From assembly GCA_012799455.1 (NCBI GenBank), contig JAAZLE010000091.1, positions 2,422 through 66,421 of the forward strand: a stretch of 64,000 bases of DNA, given 5' to 3'. Position 1 is the stretch's first letter. Each line of letters opens with the position of its first letter. Source of the DNA: Clostridiales bacterium. GTDB taxonomy: Bacteria > Bacillota > Clostridia > Christensenellales > DTU072. A model generated the notes under the pieces. The model searched no databases, was not told the DNA's origin, and saw only the letters and a program-made list of their open reading frames with translations. The position numbers and the translations under genes were made by a program. This document shows, in pieces, positions 1 through 9,247 of the stretch.

Positions 1-1
1 A

Positions 2-502
2 GTGGCTAAGAAGCAACAAAGGTTTAAGTATAAAATTTGGCTTTGTTTAATACCAATTATTTTACATGTAGTTTTATCTGTTATTATGGCTATAGTTTCA
101 AAAAACCTGCCACCACTTCCACACCTATCTTGCGCGACAGAGGAAATGAAGGTAAAAGCTTTGTTTATAATCATGTGTTATGTTTACTATGCTAGTATCA
201 TATTTCTATTCCCCACAATATTTATGGCAAGGTATTATTATATATTTTCTATCAATATAGAGAAGCTTCTAGAACGAAAGAGGGGAATAAAGGCAAGGAT
301 TGCAACGAGCGCCGTCGGTGCTGCTTTTTATCTGCTGATTGCTATTATGGGTTTATGGGGCGTGCTTGGGTCTATGTCAAAAATGCAGCATTTTGTAATA
401 TTTTTTCCAGTATCTGTGATTACGATTTTTTACTTAGTTGTAACAAGAATGTTTTTAAGGGATTTTTATAGCATAGTGCAGACCAATAAGCGCAAAGAAT
501 AA
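2..502 (+). CDS. Hypothetical polytopic membrane protein (about 4 TM helices); possibly 5'-truncated by the window edge
   Basis: The frame is open from the window edge (GTG at 2) to TAA at 500-502. Four long hydrophobic segments (IWLCLIPIILHVVLSVIMAIV, ALFIIMCYVYYASIIFLFPTIF, AVGAAFYLLIAIMGLWGVLG, FVIFFPVSVITIFYLVV) are separated by basic loops. No family recognised. Confidence 0.5.
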   Translation: MAKKQQRFKYKIWLCLIPIILHVVLSVIMAIVSKNLPPLPHLSCATEEMKVKALFIIMCYVYYASIIFLFPTIFMARYYYIFSINIEKLLERKRGIKARIATSAVGAAFYLLIAIMGLWGVLGSMSKMQHFVIFFPVSVITIFYLVVTRMFLRDFYSIVQTNKRKE

Positions 503-503
503 C

Positions 504-1262
504 ATGAGGGGATCAAAACAAATGCTTAAAACAACTACAAAAATATATATTTTATTTCTTATAGTCATTTTATCCACATTATTAATAGGTTGTGATCCAT
601 ATAGTGCAGATTTTAAACAGTACAAAAAAAATAAATTGACAGAAGTTCAAGCTTACGCAGATGCTATAAAGAAACAATATAACTACACTCCAGAAGGAAT
701 ACAAGAACTGGCATTAAGTGTACAGAGTGGCATAGCAGACATTAATGAAGCTAGATATTATAATGAGGTAGATAAGTTTGTAGCGGACACTAAAAATGCG
801 ATAGATTGCGTGGAGGTAAAACTGGATTATAATGCTGAGAAGTTGATTTTTGCGCTAAATTCGGCCAATAGAATCGAAGTGCCGGGGCTTCAAAATAGTT
901 TCTTAGCCCAAAATATTTTTGTAGGGAGAAATATAAATACGCCTAAATACAAAATTCATGTTATTATGAACCAAGCACAGCTTGATAGTGTGTTTGTTGA
1001 ATCTCCTCAGATTAATTTTGATAACGAGATGGTTTTAGTGGTGATTTACAAATCTTGGGTCAGCAGTAAATGGCATTTAATTAGAAAAATAGAATTAGAC
1101 GAAAGCGTGTTAAAGATATATACCAGAGATAATACTGTCCCATATAGGGAAGATACGCCATCATGTCAGGTAATATATGTCTTCAAAATGGATAAACTAG
1201 ATGTGTTCGAAACAGAATTGATTTTTATGGGAAAAGAAATAATTAATCGAAATCAAGCATAA
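504..1262 (+). CDS. Putative lipoprotein, function unknown
   Basis: N-terminal signal peptide ends in the lipobox L-I-G-C (ILSTLLIGC). An alternative start, ATG 522, has a GAGGGG SD about 10 nt upstream. The mature part is hydrophilic and beta-rich. No family recognised with confidence. Confidence 0.6.
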   Translation: MRGSKQMLKTTTKIYILFLIVILSTLLIGCDPYSADFKQYKKNKLTEVQAYADAIKKQYNYTPEGIQELALSVQSGIADINEARYYNEVDKFVADTKNAIDCVEVKLDYNAEKLIFALNSANRIEVPGLQNSFLAQNIFVGRNINTPKYKIHVIMNQAQLDSVFVESPQINFDNEMVLVVIYKSWVSSKWHLIRKIELDESVLKIYTRDNTVPYREDTPSCQVIYVFKMDKLDVFETELIFMGKEIINRNQA

Positions 1263-1589
1263 AATGTAGATTGTAAAAAGTTTCGTACCTTTTTTCATTT
1301 TACTCGGATTATGCAGAAATTGACCGTTTTATACAAAAATAAGCGGTTAGAATGGTGATGCGAATTTTTTCAAGGGGTACGAAAATTTTAACAGGGGTAC
1401 GAAGTGCTGTCGATGTGAAGGTGGTTGGGTAGTGCCCCGCAGTGTTGGGTTTAACATTTAAAAAGAGAAGCTTATTAATTGAATAAAAAACTTTAACTTA
1501 GTACGTAAGATTGGATTTAAAGATATGGTTTTATGAGATCGGTTTTTATATATCTTTTATTGATAAATTGATGAAATTGTTTTTGTGAA

Positions 1590-1620
1590 TAGACATTAGT
1601 ATTAATATATATGATATAAT
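1590..1620 (+). promoter_or_regulatory. Candidate sigma-A promoter for the 1651-3087 gene
   Basis: TAGACA (1590-1595), 19-nt spacer counted to the TATAAT hexamer, then extended -10 TGaTATAAT (1612-1620), about 30 nt upstream of the GTG/ATG starts. Confidence 0.45.
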
Positions 1621-1650
1621 TACTGTGCTTGAATATTATTAAAGGGTTTT

Positions 1651-3087
1651 GTGCTAAGAATGAAAGTTAGAGTGAAAAAAAGAGTTTGCGTAATGGTGGG
1701 CATAATCATGTTATGCCTTATTGGTTTGTGCTCTATTTTTGCTGATGGAGATAAGGGAGTAAGTGCAGAAGCTTTAGGGGGCTTGCCAGAAATTATTTTA
1801 AGCACTGAAGACTGGGCTAAATCTGTTACAGTTACAATAAACTATCCGGATTCAATAACATATAAAAAATATCAAACAGTATGGAAAAAAACTCAAGTTA
1901 CATCTGCTATTAAAGATTATGAAGGACCATTTGAGATTGCAGATGAGGGTGAAACAGAGATTAGAGCATATTATGAATCTGGGCAATACTTAACTAGGTC
2001 AATAACAAACATTGATAAGACAAAGCCAACAGATTTAAGAGCTAGCTTGGAGGTTAATTTAAGGAGTCCTGAAAGAGTTTTACTAAAGGTAAATACCACA
2101 GATTTGCATAGCGGCATAAAAAAAGTTTGGCTATTTGGTTTAGGTCATACTCTTGAAAACAGAAATGGCGAATACGTTGTGGATTTAACGCATAAAGCAG
2201 TGGGCAAATCATTCACCATAGAAGCAGAAGACAATGCAGGAAATACAAATAGTACAAGTTTTACTTATTCAGTATTTGACTACACTACGGATATAAGAGA
2301 GCTTGCAAATTTGCACGATGAATTAGGAGATGGTTCGCGGTATACGGCTAAACTTTGGGGTGAAATAGAAGATACATTTTCAGAATTAGAAATGGGCTTT
2401 ATGGTTCCTTACATAGATAACTCAGAGATTAATAGTTTAGAAGATAAATTGATGAGGCAGCTAGAAGGAAGGTTTAAGTTTAATACAGAAATTAAAGAAG
2501 TTTTAATTGGAATGGATAGTAATATTAGATATGGAATATCAGAACATGCACTAAGTGCAAAAAAGGGTAGCGACATAGTTTTATACATTTCTAATGCAAA
2601 TTTTACAGAAGATAAAAAAACCGAGTATGATTTACTACTAAATACACTATCGGGATATTCAGCAATAAAAACAATACCAATAAAACTAGAATTAAAAGAG
2701 AGAAATAATGAGTATATTAAAATTACTGGGGAAATGAATATAGCATTCACTAAGCCAGATGGGTATGAAAATATAAAGCTTTTCCATTGCAGCGATCAAG
2801 GTACATTCAAAGAGATTTTAACAAATGAACTTAACGGTAATATTAATGCTAAAGTCAGTTCTGATGGAATATTCTTTGTTGTTCTAGATGAAACAACATC
2901 TAGAGATGCAAGGTTTGAAAACGGCTATGTCATTAATGGGAAGTTTTATTCATATGGGCTATTTTGGGGCATAATAGCTGGGGGAATAGTACTATCTGGT
3001 GTTGTTTTTATAGTTACATTTACGCTTGTCTCAAGAAGGGGAAGACCAAAGGGCGTAGCTCATAGGCTTACACGTAAAAGGAAATAA
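1651..3087 (+). CDS. Cell-surface protein: signal peptide, Ig-like/beta-sandwich regions, C-terminal TM anchor with basic tail
   Basis: N-terminal hydrophobic signal (VGIIMLCLIGLCSIFADG). It has motifs common in bacterial Ig-like surface domains (DKTKPTD, IEAEDNAGNTNSTSF). The C-terminal TM (LFWGIIAGGIVLSGVVFIVTFTLV) is followed by RRGRPKGVAHRLTRKRK. The start is either GTG 1651 or ATG 1660. No LPXTG. Confidence 0.6.
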   Translation: MLRMKVRVKKRVCVMVGIIMLCLIGLCSIFADGDKGVSAEALGGLPEIILSTEDWAKSVTVTINYPDSITYKKYQTVWKKTQVTSAIKDYEGPFEIADEGETEIRAYYESGQYLTRSITNIDKTKPTDLRASLEVNLRSPERVLLKVNTTDLHSGIKKVWLFGLGHTLENRNGEYVVDLTHKAVGKSFTIEAEDNAGNTNSTSFTYSVFDYTTDIRELANLHDELGDGSRYTAKLWGEIEDTFSELEMGFMVPYIDNSEINSLEDKLMRQLEGRFKFNTEIKEVLIGMDSNIRYGISEHALSAKKGSDIVLYISNANFTEDKKTEYDLLLNTLSGYSAIKTIPIKLELKERNNEYIKITGEMNIAFTKPDGYENIKLFHCSDQGTFKEILTNELNGNINAKVSSDGIFFVVLDETTSRDARFENGYVINGKFYSYGLFWGIIAGGIVLSGVVFIVTFTLVSRRGRPKGVAHRLTRKRK

Positions 3088-3110
3088 TAGTTACTTAATA
3101 TCAAAATGCA

Positions 3111-3151
3111 AAAGCCGCCATAAATTAATTCTATGACGGCTTGGTTTTTTT
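3111..3151. terminator. Bidirectional intrinsic terminator between convergent genes
   Basis: Hairpin AAGCCGCCATA...TATGACGGCTT (one mismatch) is flanked by an A-run upstream and GGTTTTTTT downstream. It lies between the stop at 3087 (+) and the serA stop at 3168 (-). Confidence 0.65.
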
Positions 3152-3167
3152 GTTTAGACTCTATGTA

Positions 3168-4307
3168 TTAGATAATCCTAATCATTAAAATGTCATCTGT
3201 ATCGCTTAAGGTTTCAATGTCTACATCCTCACAGCTTTCAACATCAATTAAAGCGTAGCCAATGGAGCCTCTTTCTGCATAACTAAGATTTGCATTCCCA
3301 GCAATTTTTGTAATTGTTTCAAATGCTTTGGTCCCTGCATTATAAGTTACTGCAATTCTGACGCTGGTTATACGCTTAGTGGTGATTTTAGGGAAGTTTA
3401 CACTATTTACAATTATGCCATCTTCTATATAGTCCTTAAGTTGTTTTGCAGCCATTATTGCGCAATTATCTTCAGACTCTTCTGTAGATGCGCCGAGATG
3501 TGGGATTGCTATTACACCTTTTTTATTTACTGTATCGCAAGTAGGGAAGTCCACAACATATTTATGTACTTTTCCTTCATCTAATGCACTTAATATATCT
3601 GTGTTATTAACAAGTTCAGCTCTTGACATATTTACAATAACTACTCCTTTTTTCATGAAAGAAAGAGATAGTTTATTAATCATGCATCTTGTAGAGTCAA
3701 GAAGGGGAACGTGAATTGTAATGATGTCTGCATTTCTATAAATTGTATTTACATCATTTACAAAATTAACTTCACAAGTTAAAAGACATTTGTTTTCCGG
3801 TGTCAAGTAGGGGTCGTATCCCATAATGTTCATGCCCAGTGCTGCTGCGCTATTTGCAACTTTTGCTCCAATTGCTCCAAGTCCTATAACACCTAAGGTT
3901 TTCCCATATAGTTCGTTACCTACAAATGCACTTTTCCCTTTTTCGACCAGTGTTGCAACATCTTCTTTTCCCTCGAGTGAATCTGCCCATGCGGTAGCTT
4001 CTTTTATATTTCTTACAGCCATAAGCATGCCACATATAACGAGCTCTTTAACCCCGTTAGCATTCGCTCCAGGGGTGTTAAAAACAACGATTCCTTTATC
4101 AGTTAATTCAGGAATGGGAATGTTATTTACTCCAGCTCCAGCTCTTGCAACAGCAAGAAGGTTTTCATTAATAGGATAGTCATGCATCTTAAAAGACCTA
4201 ACAAGTATTGCATCTGGGTTATTATCTTCACTCGATACATTGTATGTCTTATCTAAAACATCGTATATTTTATCGCTAATTGGATTTAAGGTTCTGATAT
4301 TGTACAT
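3168..4307 (-). CDS. serA: D-3-phosphoglycerate dehydrogenase
   Basis: 2-hydroxyacid dehydrogenase fold with NAD loop GLGAIGAKVA and catalytic HLGASTEE, plus a C-terminal ACT-like tail. It sits immediately downstream of serC. ATG 4307 (MYNIRTL...) is preferred because GGAG lies about 10 nt upstream and it starts 1 nt after the serC stop. The longer ORF-track start at 4328 overlaps serC. Confidence 0.85.
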   Translation of the reverse strand: MYNIRTLNPISDKIYDVLDKTYNVSSEDNNPDAILVRSFKMHDYPINENLLAVARAGAGVNNIPIPELTDKGIVVFNTPGANANGVKELVICGMLMAVRNIKEATAWADSLEGKEDVATLVEKGKSAFVGNELYGKTLGVIGLGAIGAKVANSAAALGMNIMGYDPYLTPENKCLLTCEVNFVNDVNTIYRNADIITIHVPLLDSTRCMINKLSLSFMKKGVVIVNMSRAELVNNTDILSALDEGKVHKYVVDFPTCDTVNKKGVIAIPHLGASTEESEDNCAIMAAKQLKDYIEDGIIVNSVNFPKITTKRITSVRIAVTYNAGTKAFETITKIAGNANLSYAERGSIGYALIDVESCEDVDIETLSDTDDILMIRII

Positions 4308-4308
4308 A

Positions 4309-5385
4309 TTATTTATTCTCCAATTCAAATTTCTTCATAAACTCAATAAGTGCTTTAACACCTTCAACTGGCATTGCGTTATAGATACTAGCTCTCATGC
4401 CTCCTAAAATCTTATGACCCTTTAAAGATATGAATCCGTTAGCGGTAGCTTCACTTAAGAATTTTTTATTTAATTCTTCGCTGTCTGTAACGAATGGAAC
4501 GTTCATTAAGGAACGGTCTTTTTTAGCGACTGGGTTTTTAAACATGTCGCTACTATCTAGATAGTCATATAGAAGTCCAGCCTTATATTCATTATTTTTT
4601 TGCATTTCGGAAACACCACCAAGTTTTTTAACCCATCTGAATGTTAGCATTGCCATATATATTGCAAAGCATGGTGGGGTGTTATACAAACTATTATTAT
4701 CCGCAAATGTTGAGTATTTTAACATCGTAGGGCAAAATTCTAATGGAGTTCTTGCCAGCATGTCTTTACGTACTATGGCGATAGTTACGCCAGCAGGACC
4801 TATGTTTTTTTGTGCTCCAGCATATATTGCACCATATTTATTGACATCAATAACTTCGCTCAAGATGTTAGATGAAGCGTCTGCAACAATAGGACAGTCA
4901 ACCTTTGGTAAGCTTGTGTATCTTGTTCCGAAAATAGTGTTATTTTGGGTAATATGCACATAATCCAGGTTGTCTCTAAAGGTTATTTTGTCAAGATCTG
5001 GAATGTAAGTATATTTTTGATCTTTGCTGCTAGCAGCGGCAACTGCATCTGTGTAGCGAGATGCTTCCTCAAATGCTTTATTGGACCAGTTTCCTGTTAA
5101 TATATAATCGGCTCTTTTCTTTTCGGAAAAGTTTAATGGAACCATAGCAAATTGTTGGCTGGCTCCGCCTTGAATGAACATAACTTCATAGTCACTTCCG
5201 ATATTCATTAGTTCGCGAAGTAATGACATAGCCTCGTTATGGATATCATCATATGCTTTTGAGCGATGGCTCATTTCGGTCACGGACATACCGCTACCGT
5301 TATAATCTAAAAAATCGCGTTGTACTTGTTTTTTTACTTCTTCTGGTAAAACACTAGGACCAGCTGAGAAATTATAAATAGTCAT
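4309..5385 (-). CDS. serC: Phosphoserine aminotransferase
   Basis: N-terminus MTIYNFSAGPSVLPEEV and overall length are typical of SerC. ATG 5385 has a GGAGG SD (5395-5391) 5 nt upstream. The track start at 5397 is a TTG overlapping that SD. Confidence 0.9.
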   Translation of the reverse strand: MTIYNFSAGPSVLPEEVKKQVQRDFLDYNGSGMSVTEMSHRSKAYDDIHNEAMSLLRELMNIGSDYEVMFIQGGASQQFAMVPLNFSEKKRADYILTGNWSNKAFEEASRYTDAVAAASSKDQKYTYIPDLDKITFRDNLDYVHITQNNTIFGTRYTSLPKVDCPIVADASSNILSEVIDVNKYGAIYAGAQKNIGPAGVTIAIVRKDMLARTPLEFCPTMLKYSTFADNNSLYNTPPCFAIYMAMLTFRWVKKLGGVSEMQKNNEYKAGLLYDYLDSSDMFKNPVAKKDRSLMNVPFVTDSEELNKKFLSEATANGFISLKGHKILGGMRASIYNAMPVEGVKALIEFMKKFELENK

Positions 5386-5763
5386 ACTAACCTCCAAAAT
5401 TTAATGAGTCAATTATACTATCAGTTGTTTTTTTTGTCTATTCTATAAGTAATGTTCAAGGGCTATATATTCACTTACTATGATATCCACATACATAAGT
5501 GATGTTTGAGGAACTACTATGACAAAAACATTGTTTATTGTATAAGGTCAGACTAGTGTGAACATTATACTTTAGGCTATAAGCGGCAGCTTAGTTTAGG
5601 ATGATAGTTGGCTTATAATGAGAAAAAGTTTAGTAAGGGATGGAAGGAGCCATACGGTTTGTCAAAATAGAGACTTAAGTTGTATAATTTAATCATAAAC
5701 GTAGATTAGTTTAAATAATTTTTTGATGAAAAGCAGTATGTTACTGTGATATAGGGAGACGAT

Positions 5764-7404
5764 GTGGCAAAAAGACTACAAATAGCATTTTTAGGTGGGG
5801 TAGAAGAAGTTGGCAAGAATATGACATTACTTGAGTATGGAGAGACCGCAATACTTGTAGACGCAGGTCTTGGCTTTCCAGATAGTGAAACTATGCCAGG
5901 CATAGATTTTATAATTCCCGACTTAGATTATTTAATTTCAATAAAAGACAAGATTAAGGGCATTTTTATTACTCATGGACATGAAGACCATATAGGTTCT
6001 TTACCTTTTGTGTTGCAGGAAATAAACGTTCCAGTTTATGGCTCGGCAATTTCGGTAGCATTTGCTGATAATAAAATTGAAAGAAGATCAAAAAAGAAGA
6101 TAAAACAAAAGTTTATAACTGTAGAAAACGGCGATGTTATAAAAACGGGTCCGTTTGAAGTGGAGTTTATAAGAGTCACCCACTCAATTGCAGGAGCTTA
6201 TGCTTTATCTATATCTACTCCTGCTGGCATCGTGTTTATGACAGGCGATTTTAAAATTGATCACACGCCAGTAGATGGAAAAAGGGCGGATTTATCTAAA
6301 ATAGCCGCAATAGGTGAAAAAGGCGTATTACTATTAATGTCCGATAGTACGAATGCAACAAAACCAGGCTATAGTATGAGCGAAAGCAAAGTAGGGGAAA
6401 GTTTAGATGAGATTTTTAACGCAAATAGAACAAAAAGAATTATTGTAGCAACCTTTGCATCTAACATACATAGAATTCGACAAATTATAGAGTGTTCTAG
6501 TAAGTATTCCAGAAAAATAGCATTTGGTGGCAGAAGTTTACAAACCACTATGGAAATAGCTAGAAAACTAGGGGAGATTAAGTTTGATGATGAAATGCTG
6601 GTTGAGACTACTACGAAAATTCCTGATGAAAGAATTTGCCTTATAGTTACAGGAACTCAAGGTGAAGAAATGAGTGCGCTTTCCAGGATGTCTTCAGATA
6701 CATATAAAGGCATTAGAATAGATGAAAATGACACCATTATAATATCAGCAAGCTCAATTCCAGGTAATGAAAAGTCTATAATTAAAGTTATAAATAACCT
6801 GTCAAAAAGAGGAGCGAATGTAATTTATGAATCATTAAGTGAAGTGCATGCATCTGGACACGCATACCAAGAGGAATTAAAACTGATGTTTGCACTAACT
6901 AAACCTGCCTATTTTATACCTGTTCATGGAGAGTTTAGGCATATGAAGGCCCATGCGGAGCTTGCATTACAAATGGGAATGCTCAAGGCAAATATTTATA
7001 TTCCTGAACTAGGGGATGTAATAAGCGTAAATCGAGCTGGTATAAAGAAACTACCCAGCATTGAAGCAAAAGGAGTAATGTTAATTGGCGATAGGGAAAG
7101 TGAATCTGGGGAAATTATAGAACGTAAAAAAATGTCTGAAGAAGGTATTGTTATTATTGCGATAACAATATCTGGGGGTACTAAACCCGACATGCGTATA
7201 GATTTGATTAGTAAAGGAGTAACTATTCCTGAGAAGCTAGAAGATGATATATATTCTACACTCTATACTCATTTTGGAAATGTAGGATATAAAGACATGG
7301 TTCCTTCAGAAATATCAAAAGTGGCCAGAAGATTGATAACAAAATTATTCTACTCCAGAAACAAAAGAAGCCCAATGGTTATTCCTGTGGTTATGGTAGA
7401 ATAA
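5764..7404 (+). CDS. rnj: Ribonuclease J (metallo-beta-lactamase/beta-CASP)
   Basis: HGHEDHIG metal-binding motif, N-terminal LGGVEEVGKNMTLLEY, about 546 aa with the C-terminal domain typical of RNase J1/J2. GTG start with GGGAGA upstream. Confidence 0.9.
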   Translation: MAKRLQIAFLGGVEEVGKNMTLLEYGETAILVDAGLGFPDSETMPGIDFIIPDLDYLISIKDKIKGIFITHGHEDHIGSLPFVLQEINVPVYGSAISVAFADNKIERRSKKKIKQKFITVENGDVIKTGPFEVEFIRVTHSIAGAYALSISTPAGIVFMTGDFKIDHTPVDGKRADLSKIAAIGEKGVLLLMSDSTNATKPGYSMSESKVGESLDEIFNANRTKRIIVATFASNIHRIRQIIECSSKYSRKIAFGGRSLQTTMEIARKLGEIKFDDEMLVETTTKIPDERICLIVTGTQGEEMSALSRMSSDTYKGIRIDENDTIIISASSIPGNEKSIIKVINNLSKRGANVIYESLSEVHASGHAYQEELKLMFALTKPAYFIPVHGEFRHMKAHAELALQMGMLKANIYIPELGDVISVNRAGIKKLPSIEAKGVMLIGDRESESGEIIERKKMSEEGIVIIAITISGGTKPDMRIDLISKGVTIPEKLEDDIYSTLYTHFGNVGYKDMVPSEISKVARRLITKLFYSRNKRSPMVIPVVMVE

Positions 7405-7506
7405 ATTTTACTAAAAGCGAATATAATTAACAAAAGTTTGATATAATAAAAGAGCTATGAGTTTTATTAAGATATAAATAGTGCACACTGTAATCTAGAG
7501 GATAAT

Positions 7507-8583
7507 ATGAAAGAAAGAAAAACAGCCATTATTTTTACAGAAGAAGAAAGAGCGATTACTGCTGCAGCAATTAAAGAAGAGTTGCTTAAAATTAATCCAA
7601 CTGCGATTGTTATTATTATAGGAATGATGGAAATAAGAACTCGAGTTATTGCAGATTTTATCTCCAATCTTGCAAATATCAATTTAAATCCATCTAAGAT
7701 TGTGACTAAGGTAAAACAAAGGGTTAATTATAAAAACATTAACAATATTCCCAGAAGTAGTCTTACGGTAAAACAAACATCTGCATATAGAAATATGGAG
7801 AATATTTTGTTAAGGTACGATCCTTCTTTGGTAATAACAGTAGGGATAGGAGCTACACAAGAGGTTTGTGCGGTAAGGAATAAGCTAAAAAGCACATTTA
7901 AAGTTTTGACCGTAGTAGATGAATATGCATTAAATAGAAATGTTATTTATGACTATGTAGATGCATACATGGTTCCCAATATGGCAGTGAAAACCGAAAT
8001 GGTAAATTGTTACGTTGATGAAGATAAAATTTTTATTGCAAATATTCCCATAATGAATAATGTAAAAGAATCTATCGATAAAAACACTGCACGTAACAAG
8101 TTAAATATAGATACGCGCATGCCAACTCTTTTATTAGTCGTTGCGCCAAATGACAATGAGGCTTTTAAAAGTCAGATAGAAGTGTTAGATAAGTATAAAA
8201 ACCAGTATAATATCAGAGTTTTTGTTTATGATAATAAGGAAGCAGTAAGTGTTGCTAATAGTTACAACTTAAAAGTATATACCGACTTAGATGAATTAAA
8301 CAAACTTTATTCAGTAGCTGATATAGTTCTTTCATGTCCTTTTTCTGCGATTATCGAACCTGCTTTTAGAAGAGGGATTCTAGTTGCACTTTCCACTCCT
8401 CAGACAGCTTTGGAAGAAAAAGTTTTTAACTATTTAACTGATAAAGTAGCACCTTGTGAGAATAATAATAGGCTAATATATTTTCTGGATAAATATCCTC
8501 GCGAAGAGTATGAAAATATTAGAAAAGAGGGCGAAAAGCTTAAGTTAAGGGACCCAAACGAATTCTTTTCGCTGTTTTTCTAA
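7507..8583 (+). CDS. GT-B fold, UgtP/MGDG-synthase-like protein with degenerate catalytic motifs (function uncertain)
   Basis: By-eye collinearity with diacylglycerol glucosyltransferase (UgtP)-type proteins: blocks ...DPSLVITVG..., FKVLTVVDEYALNRNVIYDYVDAYMVPNMAVK..., IFIANIPI, NIDTRMPTLLLVVAP, ADIVLSCPFSAIIEPAFRRGILVAL. The glycine/histidine-rich N-terminal loop and the C-terminal PGG/GQE-type motifs are not conserved. Good SD (AGAGGA). Confidence 0.4.
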   Translation: MKERKTAIIFTEEERAITAAAIKEELLKINPTAIVIIIGMMEIRTRVIADFISNLANINLNPSKIVTKVKQRVNYKNINNIPRSSLTVKQTSAYRNMENILLRYDPSLVITVGIGATQEVCAVRNKLKSTFKVLTVVDEYALNRNVIYDYVDAYMVPNMAVKTEMVNCYVDEDKIFIANIPIMNNVKESIDKNTARNKLNIDTRMPTLLLVVAPNDNEAFKSQIEVLDKYKNQYNIRVFVYDNKEAVSVANSYNLKVYTDLDELNKLYSVADIVLSCPFSAIIEPAFRRGILVALSTPQTALEEKVFNYLTDKVAPCENNNRLIYFLDKYPREEYENIRKEGEKLKLRDPNEFFSLFF

Positions 8584-8607
8584 TTGTATACTTATTTAAA
8601 ATATACG

Positions 8608-8636
8608 AAAAACCGGCTTTAGTGCCGGTTTTTTTA
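8608..8636. terminator. Bidirectional intrinsic terminator
   Basis: AAAACCGGC-tttagt-GCCGGTTTT hairpin with an A-run on the left and a T-run on the right, between the convergent 7507-8583 (+) gene and recR (-). Confidence 0.75.
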
Positions 8637-8662
8637 TGTGCTTAGATTTAGTTGTTATTAAA

Positions 8663-9247
8663 TTACATTTCTTGTCTATTTGAAAGTGCTTGAGATAAAG
8701 TAATTTCATCTGCAGAAGCGACTTCACTTCCTACTGGTAAGCCAAAAGCTAGGCGCGTTACTTTGATATCAAAAGGCTTAATAAGTTTAGCTAAATAGGC
8801 CGCTGTTTGCTCTCCGCTAACATCTGAGTTGGTTGCAATAATTACTTCTTTTACTCCATCTAACCTTCCTAGGAGCTCTTTAATTCTTATGTCTTCTTCT
8901 CCTATACCTTTAACAAAATCGAGTGTTCCATGTAATACGTGGTATAGTCCATCGTAAGCGCCAGTTTTTTCAAAAGCGATAATGCCTTGAGGGTCTTTGA
9001 CGACACATATTACGGACTTATCTGCTTTTTTGCAGCGCTCGCAAATTTCATCTTCAGAGTAGTTTCCGCACGCGGTACAGAATTTAATTTTATCTTTTGC
9101 CTCTTGGATAGCATCAATTAAATTTTGAACATCACTATCCTTCATATTGATTATCGAGTATGCATAAGAAGTAGCCGTTTTAGTACCTACAGATGGTAAT
9201 GTTCTAAATGCAGCAATCAAACGATTTAATGCACTCAGTTGGTCCAT
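8663..9247 (-). CDS. recR: Recombination protein RecR
   Basis: Zinc-finger CTACGNYSEDEICERC, Toprim region (VICVVKDPQGIIAFE, IIATNSDVSGEQTA), about 194 aa. Conserved dnaX-ybaB-recR order. TAATG overlap with ybaB. Confidence 0.95.
   Translation of the reverse strand: MDQLSALNRLIAAFRTLPSVGTKTATSYAYSIINMKDSDVQNLIDAIQEAKDKIKFCTACGNYSEDEICERCKKADKSVICVVKDPQGIIAFEKTGAYDGLYHVLHGTLDFVKGIGEEDIRIKELLGRLDGVKEVIIATNSDVSGEQTAAYLAKLIKPFDIKVTRLAFGLPVGSEVASADEITLSQALSNRQEM

Noticed and set aside
1352-1432. 26-codon ORF spanning the GGGGTACGAA repeats (…FSRGTKILTGVRSAVDVKVVG).
   Set aside because: There is no SD. The repeat periodicity (20 bp, not a multiple of 3) argues for a DNA or RNA element rather than coding. 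It is retained only as part of the intergenic finding.
5483-5491. DnaA-box-like sequences (ATATCCACA here; a perfect TTATCCACA at 570-578), together with the switch in gene orientation near 13.3 kb, considered as a possible replication origin.
   Set aside because: These are isolated single boxes, one of them inside a coding region. There is no cluster, no adjacent AT-rich unwinding element that can be distinguished from background, and no dnaA/dnaN nearby.
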